Source: Dehalococcoidia bacterium
GTDB lineage: Bacteria > Chloroflexota > Dehalococcoidia > Lucifugimonadales > JAGWBF01
Length of the DNA stretch: 64,000 bases
Direction: 5' to 3'
Assembly (NCBI GenBank): GCA_965226805.1
Contig: CBDDDW010000001.1
Coordinates: forward strand, 24,233 to 88,232
Both the position numbers and the translations under genes were made by a program. Below, one piece after another: positions 49,298-57,157 of the stretch. Each line of letters starts with the position of its first letter. Position 1 is the first letter of the stretch. The notes under the pieces are model-generated. The model saw only the letters and a program-made list of their open reading frames with translations, had not been told where the DNA came from and made no database searches.

Positions 49298-49870
49298 TCA
49301 GCGGGGTCTCACCCATGATTCGGACCAGGCGAGGGCACAGGAGAAGGCATCGATGCCAAAGGTGTTCCTGGGGATGTTTCGCCCCGGGACTAGGGTGCCG
49401 TTAATGAGAAGCTGGGCCTTTCGCGCAGGAATGAGCACACTATAGATGCCTTGCTGGCGGTTTGGTATCTCGCCCGGCGCTAGTTTGACCGCGAAAGGTT
49501 CCATCAGGTCGTACCATGTAAGGGAGATGTCCATGTCCCTGGAGACCACTTTCTCAGTGGAGAAAGTGCGCACGTCACCGTGCCTGGAGAACTCGGCCTC
49601 CTCCACGGGTACGCTCTGGTCTGGAAACTCGAAGACCACTATCTCGTCTTGAAGCCATCGGACCAGGGCGATGTTGTCGGCGTAGATCTTCACCTGATCA
49701 TTGTAAATCTCGCTTTTCAGGAACAGGACATGCCCGGGTCCCGCGGGAGAGAAGAGTATCCTCCAATGACTGGCGAACGTGGTCATGGGGCCGTCGTCTT
49801 CATGATGGAGCCGAATGTAAGAGTTCTCTCCCGTCAGCCGGATCTCGTTAGGGTCTACAGGACTTGTCAT
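49298..49870 (-). CDS. uncharacterised ~190-aa protein, family copy 2
   Basis: 190 aa and paralogous to 48586-49170. It ends ..FSCALAWSESWVRPR. Confidence 0.65.
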   Translation of the reverse strand: MTSPVDPNEIRLTGENSYIRLHHEDDGPMTTFASHWRILFSPAGPGHVLFLKSEIYNDQVKIYADNIALVRWLQDEIVVFEFPDQSVPVEEAEFSRHGDVRTFSTEKVVSRDMDISLTWYDLMEPFAVKLAPGEIPNRQQGIYSVLIPARKAQLLINGTLVPGRNIPRNTFGIDAFSCALAWSESWVRPR

Positions 49871-49929
49871 GATCTAACCTCCTTGCTGGATTTCTGTGGC
49901 GACCTGGTCAGGCAGCCGTGGGAGCCTGC

Positions 49930-50260
49930 CTAGCTATCGGAAGGACTCCATACCCGGTGCATCGTTTGGACGTCCATCCTGGCGAAGAATTTCCTCGGGT
50001 CGAGTTCCTCGGGCAATTTCCGGACTTCAGCGACAAAAGCCGCTTCCGTTGCCTTGAGATCCAGGCTGTCATCGAAACCGCGGATCCAGATGAACTGGTT
50101 CTTGTCCTCGTTCACCCATGCGCCTGAGATTTGCATACCCGCGTTCTGCAGCATGGGAACCAAGGTATTTTATGAAAAAAACAACCCATTCGTCCATCAT
50201 CCCAAGGTTGATATCCATCATCCCAAGGTTGATAGTATATATGCGTAGCTGATAAGTCAC
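49930..50260 (-). pseudogene. NIPSNAP-like (dimeric alpha/beta-barrel) protein with a 21-bp in-frame tandem duplication and a 1-nt frameshift
   Basis: The N-terminal frame reads VTYQLRIYTINLGMMDINLGMMDEWVVFFIKYL. The C-terminal frame (track ORF 49930-50163) reads LVPMLQNAGMQISGAWVNEDKNQFIWIRGFDD.. Removing one G at the CC run 50160-50161 (plus strand) joins them. Confidence 0.6.
50194..50235. repeat. 21-bp direct tandem duplication (2 copies, 20/21 identical)
   Basis: The two copies are CCATCATCCCAAGGTTGATAT and CCATCATCCCAAGGTTGATAG. The duplication encodes the duplicated INLGMMD in the NIPSNAP-like gene. Confidence 0.9.
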
Positions 50261-50360
50261 TTTCGTCCGTTCCTTTTGATTAGTGCCCGGTCTGCGACGG
50301 GCCCTCGAGGGGGTAGCACACTGTATAATACATGCACTAAACGCACAAAGAAAGAGGCAG

Positions 50361-51221
50361 ATGCTTTTATCCGAAAGGCGGGAACGATTTCGTAGAATAC
50401 TCGCTGGTGGGCAATGCGTCCATCCGGCCGGTGTCTTCGATCCCATGTCGGCTCGCATGGCCGAGTCGCTGGGATTTCAGGTAGGTCTGGTAGGGGGGTC
50501 CATCATGTCGGCTGTCATCCTCGGAGCACCCGACATCGCGCTGATCACGCTGACCGAGTTCGCCGATCAGGTGCGGCGAATAACTCGGGCCAGCGACCTG
50601 AGCCTCATGGTGGACGCTGACCACGGATATGGCAACGCGTTGAATGTCATGCGGACTGTAGAGGAGCTGGAGGCTGCCGGAACTTCGGCCCTTACTATTG
50701 AGGACGTTGTCCTTCCCAGACCTTTCGGAAGCCAGGGCGAGGCCCAGATATCTATACCCGAGATGGTGGGCAAACTTCGCGCCGCAGTTGCCGCCAGGCG
50801 CGATCCGTCTCTGGTGATAATCGGCCGCACGACCTCTATACGCGTCAGTGGAATTGAAGAGGCAGAAAAACGGATCAGGGCTTATGAGGATACAGGGATC
50901 GACGCCATGTTCCTGGAGCAAGTCTTCTCACGGGAGGAAGTGGAGATCATCCACCGGGCCACCAGGCTCCCATTGATCCTCGGCTTTGCGCCGGACTCCG
51001 TCCGTGACCTGGCATTCATGGCTGCGAACGGAGTTCGCATAGCGGCTCAGGGGCACATGCCTTTCTTCGTCGCGACAAAGGCTGTTTATGACACCCTCAG
51101 GTATCTCAAGGAAGGGGGCTCACCGGCCGATCTCAAGGCGGACGCGGCATCGGAGGAGTTGCTGAGTCAATTCCAGCGGAGACCGGAACACGCCGGTTGG
51201 CAGCGGGAGTACCTGAGTTAG
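50361..51221 (+). CDS. isocitrate lyase/PEP mutase family enzyme (methylisocitrate lyase / oxaloacetate decarboxylase-like)
   Basis: Track ORF 50283-51221. VFDPMSARMAESLGF, MVDADHGYGNALNV and AGTSALTIED are present. The start was chosen at MLLSERRERF. Confidence 0.8.
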   Translation: MLLSERRERFRRILAGGQCVHPAGVFDPMSARMAESLGFQVGLVGGSIMSAVILGAPDIALITLTEFADQVRRITRASDLSLMVDADHGYGNALNVMRTVEELEAAGTSALTIEDVVLPRPFGSQGEAQISIPEMVGKLRAAVAARRDPSLVIIGRTTSIRVSGIEEAEKRIRAYEDTGIDAMFLEQVFSREEVEIIHRATRLPLILGFAPDSVRDLAFMAANGVRIAAQGHMPFFVATKAVYDTLRYLKEGGSPADLKADAASEELLSQFQRRPEHAGWQREYLS

Positions 51222-51379
51222 GCACGGCACACTGAAGTCGCCTCTCCCGGGGACACCGAAGAGACTACCACGAAGGCTATGAACACGATGGCGGTCTCGA
51301 GGCCGGTGATGCCTCTGGAGTCCTGCCACTCTGTGCGTATGAGGTTCATCGGTTTGTGACGGTTGCGTTTCCGTATCAT
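51218..51379 (-). CDS. small ORF (53 aa) with an archaeal-type/type-IV-pilin-like class III signal peptide
   Basis: Hand translation gives MIRKRNRHKPMNLIRTEWQDSRGITGLETAIVFIAFVVVSSVSPGEATSVCRA. The ATG at 51379 is 5 nt after GGAGG. The G-(I/F)TGLE(T/A)AI..IAFVVV core resembles the archaeal flagellin/pilin N-terminal motif. It is short and possibly truncated. Confidence 0.35.
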   Translation of the reverse strand: MIRKRNRHKPMNLIRTEWQDSRGITGLETAIVFIAFVVVSSVSPGEATSVCRA

Positions 51380-51841
51380 ATTCCCCTCCTCTAGGGCCTT
51401 TAGTTAAGGGATGCTTGTTCTGGAGGAATTCCTCCGGTCCTAAATCCACCGAAATCACTTGTTCCCTCCTTTGTTTGGTCCCGAATATGGTGCAATCCGG
51501 GGCAATACCTGAGTTGTCTTACTACAGTGTAGAAGGCGGTGAATGCGAACAATACGGGAGCAGCACGTTAGCGATGGAATGAGCGCTTACCACAATTTGG
51601 GGCGGTATCCTTCGGCCACAAAGGTTAATCCGGGGTGGCTCAACGGGATGCCACTGGTGGAAGAAAAGGTTATCCCTAGTTGCTTTTCGACTAATACGTT
51701 AATAGAATTGTCTCGGCGCCCTTACTCGATTGGAGGCCAGTCGGTCACTGGACCCTGAGGCAGGGTATTTAGACCAGGGTATAGGTCGGATCAAAGACAC
51801 AGACAGTGGGATTCCGTCAGCCAATTAACGGGAGCGCTACG

Positions 51842-52492
51842 ATGATAAAGGTACTGATTGTAGAGGACGAGGGCCTTTTTAGAGATATGCTGAAGATCTC
51901 CCTCTCAACCTACCGAGATCTGGAAATCGTGGATGCGGTGGGCACGGGAGAGGAGGCTATGGAAGCGTTCCGAGAGCTGAAACCCGACGTTGTTCTCATG
52001 GACATCGAGTTGGGGGAAGGCCCCGACGGAATAGAGACCGGGCGCAGCATGAAGGGCGAACGCCCCGACGTAGGGATCGTAATCCTCTCGATCCATAAAG
52101 ACAAGGAGTATATCGGCAACCTCTCACTAAACGAGGCGGCTGGCTGGTCCTATCTTCTCAAGAAGTCCGTGGGCGACGCGGCTGCGCTGGGGCGGGCGAT
52201 CGAGGGTTCGGCTTCGGGGTTTGTCGTGCTGGACCCGGAAGTCGTCAATGGCCTTAAGCCCAAGCAAGGCTCTTTCATATCGCGGCTGACCCCTCGCCAG
52301 CAAGAGGTCCTGGCTCTCATGGCCCAGGGTCATAATAACGCGGGCATTGCTGAGAATTTGGTGCTCGGGGCTAAGTCCGTAGAGAACTACATCAACGCGA
52401 TTTACCAAGAGTTAAACCTCAACCAGAACGACCGGATCCACCCCCGGGTATGCGCGGTGCTAGGATATATCCAGGATAGCTACAGTGAATAG
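51842..52492 (+). CDS. NarL/FixJ-family response regulator (REC + LuxR HTH)
   Basis: Track ORF 51806-52492. MIKVLIVEDEGLFRDML...DVVLMDIELG (receiver domain) and LTPRQQEVLALMAQGHNNAGIAENL (HTH) are present. There is no adjacent histidine kinase. Confidence 0.85.
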   Translation: MIKVLIVEDEGLFRDMLKISLSTYRDLEIVDAVGTGEEAMEAFRELKPDVVLMDIELGEGPDGIETGRSMKGERPDVGIVILSIHKDKEYIGNLSLNEAAGWSYLLKKSVGDAAALGRAIEGSASGFVVLDPEVVNGLKPKQGSFISRLTPRQQEVLALMAQGHNNAGIAENLVLGAKSVENYINAIYQELNLNQNDRIHPRVCAVLGYIQDSYSE

Positions 52493-52543
52493 CCGTTGGA
52501 CAATCGGCGGCGGCGCGCTCGGCGGAAGGGCCGATGACTGGCC

Positions 52544-52840
52544 CTAGCCCTCTGTCTGCGCCAGTTGAACTCGGAAACGATCCGCGCCCAGGTCTACGAA
52601 CTCAGCCTCCGGAATGTCATCCCTCAAGCGGTCTAATGCCAGAACTTCGCTACCCAGGTCCAAAGTAAACTGGTAGCCTGAGCCCCGTTCCAGGGCCGTG
52701 TGGTCGGCGACTTGGGCTACGCCTACAAGACTCCGCATGACGTCCCAGAAGAACGACAATGTCGCCGCGGCTGCTGAGGGCGTGAATATGATGCTAACGG
52801 CGCCGGGATAGCTTCCCGGGTCCAGAAGGGGTTTAGCCAC
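52544..52840 (-). CDS. hypothetical protein
   Basis: 98-aa ORF starting at a GTG. A strong AAGGAGGTG lies 45 nt upstream, with only an in-frame CTG (52876) at SD distance. No family was recognised. Confidence 0.3.
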   Translation of the reverse strand: MAKPLLDPGSYPGAVSIIFTPSAAAATLSFFWDVMRSLVGVAQVADHTALERGSGYQFTLDLGSEVLALDRLRDDIPEAEFVDLGADRFRVQLAQTEG

Positions 52841-53113
52841 TCCCTGTGCGGCTGCGTAGGGCTCGGCTTCTCCCAGCTCTTCTCACACCTCCTTACCCTA
52901 GGTTTTCACCCCTTTCTAAACATTTGAAACGGCCTGGCTACGAAGGTGGCCCTAATTGGGGGGACAGGTGCACGAAGGCGAAGCTGTGGCCCATCGCCCT
53001 TCCGTAGACTTCGGCTGGATTGCCCTTGCTGAGCCGAGTCACGTGTCTCTGGCCTGCCCGACCCAGCCAGTTCGGAGCCGGACTAAGAGGTGGGATCGAG
53101 CGCAAGGGTGTAA

Positions 53114-53386
53114 TTATGGAGTCGCAAAGGTCCGGACGAAGTCCTTCACCTGGATGTTCGAAGTAAGGACAAGGGAGCCTTCGGAGCGCTCCATTTCCAC
53201 CTCCATCGTGTCTTCGTCTACGACCAAATACTTGGACACGGCATCCAGGATGTCCCTCTTCAGGGATTCCATCTTGTCCTGGGCGAGCCCCACGCGGTCG
53301 AGAAACAGGATCAGGTGGAGCCGCTGACGAGCGGCGACCCTGCTTGGCTGGCGTTTATGAATGGCCCATCTGAGAAGGTCAATCAT
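53114..53386 (-). CDS. minE: cell division topological specificity factor MinE
   Basis: 90 aa. RQRLHLILFLDR and the LKRDILDAVSKYL pattern are present. It overlaps the minD stop by 8 nt. Confidence 0.85.
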   Translation of the reverse strand: MIDLLRWAIHKRQPSRVAARQRLHLILFLDRVGLAQDKMESLKRDILDAVSKYLVVDEDTMEVEMERSEGSLVLTSNIQVKDFVRTFATP

Positions 53387-54248
53387 GGAAACGGTCCTTC
53401 CAATTCATACCTACAAATTTCTTGAACTTCGACAGGATGTCCTGGCCGCTTTCTAAGTCCAGGAAGGGTTTGTCTTCGCCGTCGATCCGCGCCGCTATTC
53501 GGCGATAGGCCTCCCCTGACCAGGATTTGGGATTGTGTACGACAGGTACCCCTCGGTTGGTTGCCACGATAACTTGTGTGTCGTCGGGAATGAGGCCCAG
53601 CATTCTTACTGAGAGGAGATCTAGTATGTCGTTCGTGTCCATCATATCGCCCTGCCTAATCATCCCGGGCCTCAGACGGTTGATAACCAGGTCAGGTACT
53701 GGAAGTCCGCCGGCCTCCAGTAGCCCGATGACCCGGTCCGCGTCACGAATGGCCGATACCTCTGGGGTGGTGATGACGATGGCCTGGTTCGCTGCGGTCA
53801 CAGCGTTTCGAAATCCTTGCTCAATTCCAGCTGGGCAATCTATCAGCACGTACTCGAAGTCCTGCTCCAACTGCTGACATAGCTCTCTTACCTGTTCGGG
53901 CTGGATGGCCGTTTTGTCGCGAGTTTGAGCCGCAGGTATAAGATAGAGTTCTTTGACGTGTTTGTCCCGAATCATGGCCTGGTTGAGGCGGCAGTTCCCT
54001 TCCACCACGTCTACCAGGTCATAGACTATCCGGTTTTCCAGGCCCATTACGACATCCAGGTTCCGGAGGCCTATGTCCGTGTCGATGACCACCACCTTCC
54101 TGCCCCGCAAAGCCAGGCCGGTCCCGAGATTGGCGGTAGCCGTGGTCTTGCCAACGCCGCCCTTTCCCGAGGTGATGACTATCGTTTTTCCAGTGGTGAT
54201 GTGTTCCTTTAGTCCGTTCTCTGCCTGAGTAGCTGTTGAGCGTTTCAT
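53379..54248 (-). CDS. minD: septum site-determining ATPase MinD
   Basis: Deviant Walker A ITSGKGGVGKTT, DTDIGLRNLD, and a C-terminal amphipathic tail. Confidence 0.9.
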   Translation of the reverse strand: MKRSTATQAENGLKEHITTGKTIVITSGKGGVGKTTATANLGTGLALRGRKVVVIDTDIGLRNLDVVMGLENRIVYDLVDVVEGNCRLNQAMIRDKHVKELYLIPAAQTRDKTAIQPEQVRELCQQLEQDFEYVLIDCPAGIEQGFRNAVTAANQAIVITTPEVSAIRDADRVIGLLEAGGLPVPDLVINRLRPGMIRQGDMMDTNDILDLLSVRMLGLIPDDTQVIVATNRGVPVVHNPKSWSGEAYRRIAARIDGEDKPFLDLESGQDILSKFKKFVGMNWKDRFHD

Positions 54249-55138
54249 GTGAGCTTCCTTTCCTCCATACTCTGAAACCGGCCAGTGAAGGGCGTTACTA
54301 CTATAGAGCGCTCTCTTAGAAAGGCGATTTCAGGAAATACCGGCGTCTTCCGATTTCCCCTAGACGAAAGAGACGCGGAAACGTGGTGGCCAATTCGAAG
54401 CTGCATCGGCCGTAACGCGGTCGCTATAATGACGGCCCCGGATGGATCAGCGCCATCCGCTCCGGCATGGACGGCGCCTCTAACGGTTCCGAATACGAGG
54501 ATGTCACCGGTGGCCCTGATCTGGGCCCCGGGATTCACGTCCCCCAGCACCACCACGTCGCCGCTGTGATCTATCGATGCCCCTGACCGACAAGTGTTCT
54601 TGATAACCAACGGAGTTTCCAGACGCCAGGGGGCCTCTTGAGTTGGAAAGAGATCGTCTTGACGAGAGGGTCTACTCTCAGGCTTGGCGCCCCCGATTTC
54701 CAGCAGGTCTCCGTTGCGTCTGAAGCCCGCTACTTTTAGGTGGAACTCCTCTTCGAAGACGTGTCCTAATCGCCCCAGGTCCTCCCACGTCAGCCCCCGG
54801 CCGCCCACGTTTACCGTGACCATCTGACCCGTGAACCATCCACTGCTTTCGGACAGGTAGAGCCGCAAGCCCTGTTCCAAATGGGGGAACTCGACTTGGT
54901 CGTCGAGGGTGAATTCTACGTTCCAGTCACGTCCACCCACTTTGACCAAAGGTCCACCATGAGCAGTGTCCTCTGGGGAGTTATGCGTTCCGTCGACTCT
55001 GGAAATGACCAATCCTGTCCCATTCTTGGAGTGGAATAGCAGCCGGGCCTTCGTGATCGGATCAAATCCCGGTAAAAGCAGTCCTCTCGGGTGGGTAAGA
55101 GTGCCGCGCCTCTTGCCTGGGGCCTTCGCCTGGCTCAA
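54245..55138 (-). CDS. minC: septum formation inhibitor MinC (long N-terminal region)
   Basis: The C-terminal beta-helix GDVVVLGDVNPGAQIRATGDILVFGTVRGAVHAG is present. It forms an operon with minD and minE, with a 4-nt overlap. Confidence 0.75.
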   Translation of the reverse strand: MSQAKAPGKRRGTLTHPRGLLLPGFDPITKARLLFHSKNGTGLVISRVDGTHNSPEDTAHGGPLVKVGGRDWNVEFTLDDQVEFPHLEQGLRLYLSESSGWFTGQMVTVNVGGRGLTWEDLGRLGHVFEEEFHLKVAGFRRNGDLLEIGGAKPESRPSRQDDLFPTQEAPWRLETPLVIKNTCRSGASIDHSGDVVVLGDVNPGAQIRATGDILVFGTVRGAVHAGADGADPSGAVIIATALRPMQLRIGHHVSASLSSRGNRKTPVFPEIAFLRERSIVVTPFTGRFQSMEERKLT

Positions 55139-55458
55139 CGGAAGAGAGATACCTGGTCAGCAGAGCGCGCTAGGCGGTTCCCACGCGATCGGAAACATAA
55201 CATAGCCCACGCTATCAACGCGCGAAGAGTAGTTTCAAGGTATCCAATGCAAGATTTTGAGAAGTTTTGACTGAGTGGCTCGGAGGCTCTTGCTAGAAGA
55301 GGGCCGATGCGTCCCATTTCCAGATTCCTGGGCCCCGGGTAAAGGTGACTTGCCAAAGATAGAAGCGCCGCATAACATGGGTGAGACCCGTGAGGTTGGA
55401 TTTCGATCAACAAGGCATGCATGAGCGCCCTCGGACTGAACAAACCCGAGGAGGAGAG

Positions 55459-55665
55459 ATGGCCACTGTTCTCATACGCAACGGCAGAGTAATCGATGGT
55501 ACTGGGAACCCGTGGTCCAGAGCCGATGTAGTGATCCGCGGCGGTTATATCGATAGGATCGGCCGGCAGATCGATAGCATAGACGGCGATCCCCCCGACG
55601 AGGTGATCGATGCAACGGGGATGTGCGTGATTGGGAGGTCACGCATGACAATTTGTGCACGCTAA
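55459..55665 (+). pseudogene. N-terminal fragment of a D-aminoacylase-type amidohydrolase
   Basis: MATVLIRNGRVIDGTGNPWSRADVVIRGGYIDRIG...EVIDATGMCV follows GAGGAGGAG. Homology stops where the PGFID.H metal motif should follow. The frame ends after 11 unrelated codons. Confidence 0.65.
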
Positions 55666-55695
55666 AATCCTACGCGACTGAGAAGGTGTTCTGGC

Positions 55696-57102
55696 ATGAA
55701 TGACGTCGAAAGAGAAGCGGTTCTCTTCATCGCGGACATATCTGGCTACACGAAGTTCATATTCTCCAACGAGAAGGAGATCGCGCATAGTCAGATGGTC
55801 ATCCGAGAACTGATCACGACGCTTCTTGAAGAAGTGAATCTTCCCTTTAAGCTCGTTAGGATTGAAGGGGACGCTATTTTTCTGTACGCCATCAAGGACG
55901 ATCCTGGTCAGCCGTGGGAAAGAGTATCTAAGAACCTCGTCTCCAATATGATGACGTTCTTCCAGGTCTTCGCGAACAAGATCTCCGAGCTAACGATTCA
56001 TAAGATCTGCAACTGTAAGGCTTGCCACAACATTGAGCAGTTGAAGCTCAAGGCAGTTGTGCACAGCGGGCGAGCCGCTTTCTATCGGGTCAACGAGCAC
56101 CAGGAGCTCACAGGAACCGGTGCGATCATTGTTCACCGGTTGCTCAAGAATTCTGTCGAGGCCGATGAATATATCATTTTGACCGAGGCGGCATACAACG
56201 AGCTGACCCTCCCTGAAGGCAAAGTGGAGCAAGGGGAGGAAACCTACGACGACATTGGCTCCATCAAGACCTACGTCTACTATCCCCCTAAGCAAGAGTC
56301 CTACGTTCCTTCCCCGGATGCCAAACCGCCGGCAGTCTTCATTGAAACGCTGCGTGCCGAAGTCGCACAAGAATATGCGCAAGTAGCGCAACATCCTGAG
56401 CTTGGCTTTCATTTCCACACCGGCAGACGACTGACCGGCATCCTGGAGTATCGGGATGAGTGGCTGGAGGGCCTTCCCGAAGAGGCGATCGAGTCCTTCG
56501 CCGGTACTGGCAACCCCTTCAATGTTGGGGAGCTCCACTCCAGCAATCGGGTTGTGGATGTTGGGTGCGGGGCCGGTTTGGACTGTCTCATCGCAGCGAA
56601 ACTGGTTGGCCATGAGGGTGAGGTCGTTGGCGTCGACATGACCAAGGAAATGATTGACAAGGCGACCAGCAATGCACGGGCGATCGGGGCCAAGAACGTC
56701 TCTTTCAAGAGAGGGTTCGTCGAGGAACTGCCCGTAGAAGACGGGTGGGCCGACGTTGTTATCTCAAATGGCGCGATCAACCTGGCCCCAGACAAGGACG
56801 AGCTCTTTCGCGAGCTGAACCGAGTCCTCAAACCTGGGGGCCGGCTCCAGGTTGCTGATATCCTCGTTGAGAGACCTATCCCGGATAGCGCCAAGCAAAA
56901 AATCGAATTGTGGACTGGTTGAATTGCCGGAGCTCTGCTGGAAGCAGAGCTGGCTGATAAGATGTCAAAGGCAGGGTTCGACGATTTCGAGATCACCTGG
57001 CGAGGAGACATCTTCAGGGATGCTTCGCTGTCAAGCGCTGCATACACCTTCGGCATCATGGGGATTACCTATCGCGCACGAAAGTGCGAGGCCGTGGAGT
57101 AG
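55696..57102 (+). CDS. DUF2652 (nucleotide-cyclase-like) domain fused to an ArsM/AS3MT-like SAM methyltransferase; in-frame TGA at 56920-56922 (candidate selenocysteine)
   Basis: N-terminus: VLFIADISGYTKFI..RIEGDAIFLY..ICNCKACHN..IVHRLLKN (DUF2652 pattern). C-terminus: VVDVGCGAGLDCL, VVISNGAINLAPDK, and LKPGGRL. The ORF continues in frame after ELWTG-TGA-IAGALLEAEL.. to TAG 57100-57102. Confidence 0.6.
56931..56951 (+). promoter_or_regulatory. SECIS-like stem-loop 8 nt downstream of the in-frame TGA
   Basis: AGCTCTGC (56931-38), loop TGGAA, then GCAGAGCT (56944-51) form a perfect 8-bp stem. The stem is extendable by GCC/GGC with a GG bulge. The apical-loop G residues lie about 18-19 nt after the UGA. 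Confidence 0.45.
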
Positions 57103-57157
57103 TAACTGAGCTAGCGCCCCGGGCAGAAGGTGAGTCGGGGCAGGAAAGATATCATTT

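Noticed and set aside
51120-51458. 112-aa minus-strand track ORF in the gap after the PEP-mutase-family gene.
   Set aside because: It overlaps the 3' end of the PEP-mutase-family gene by about 100 nt and has no SD. The alternative frame holds a better-supported 53-codon ORF with GGAGG.
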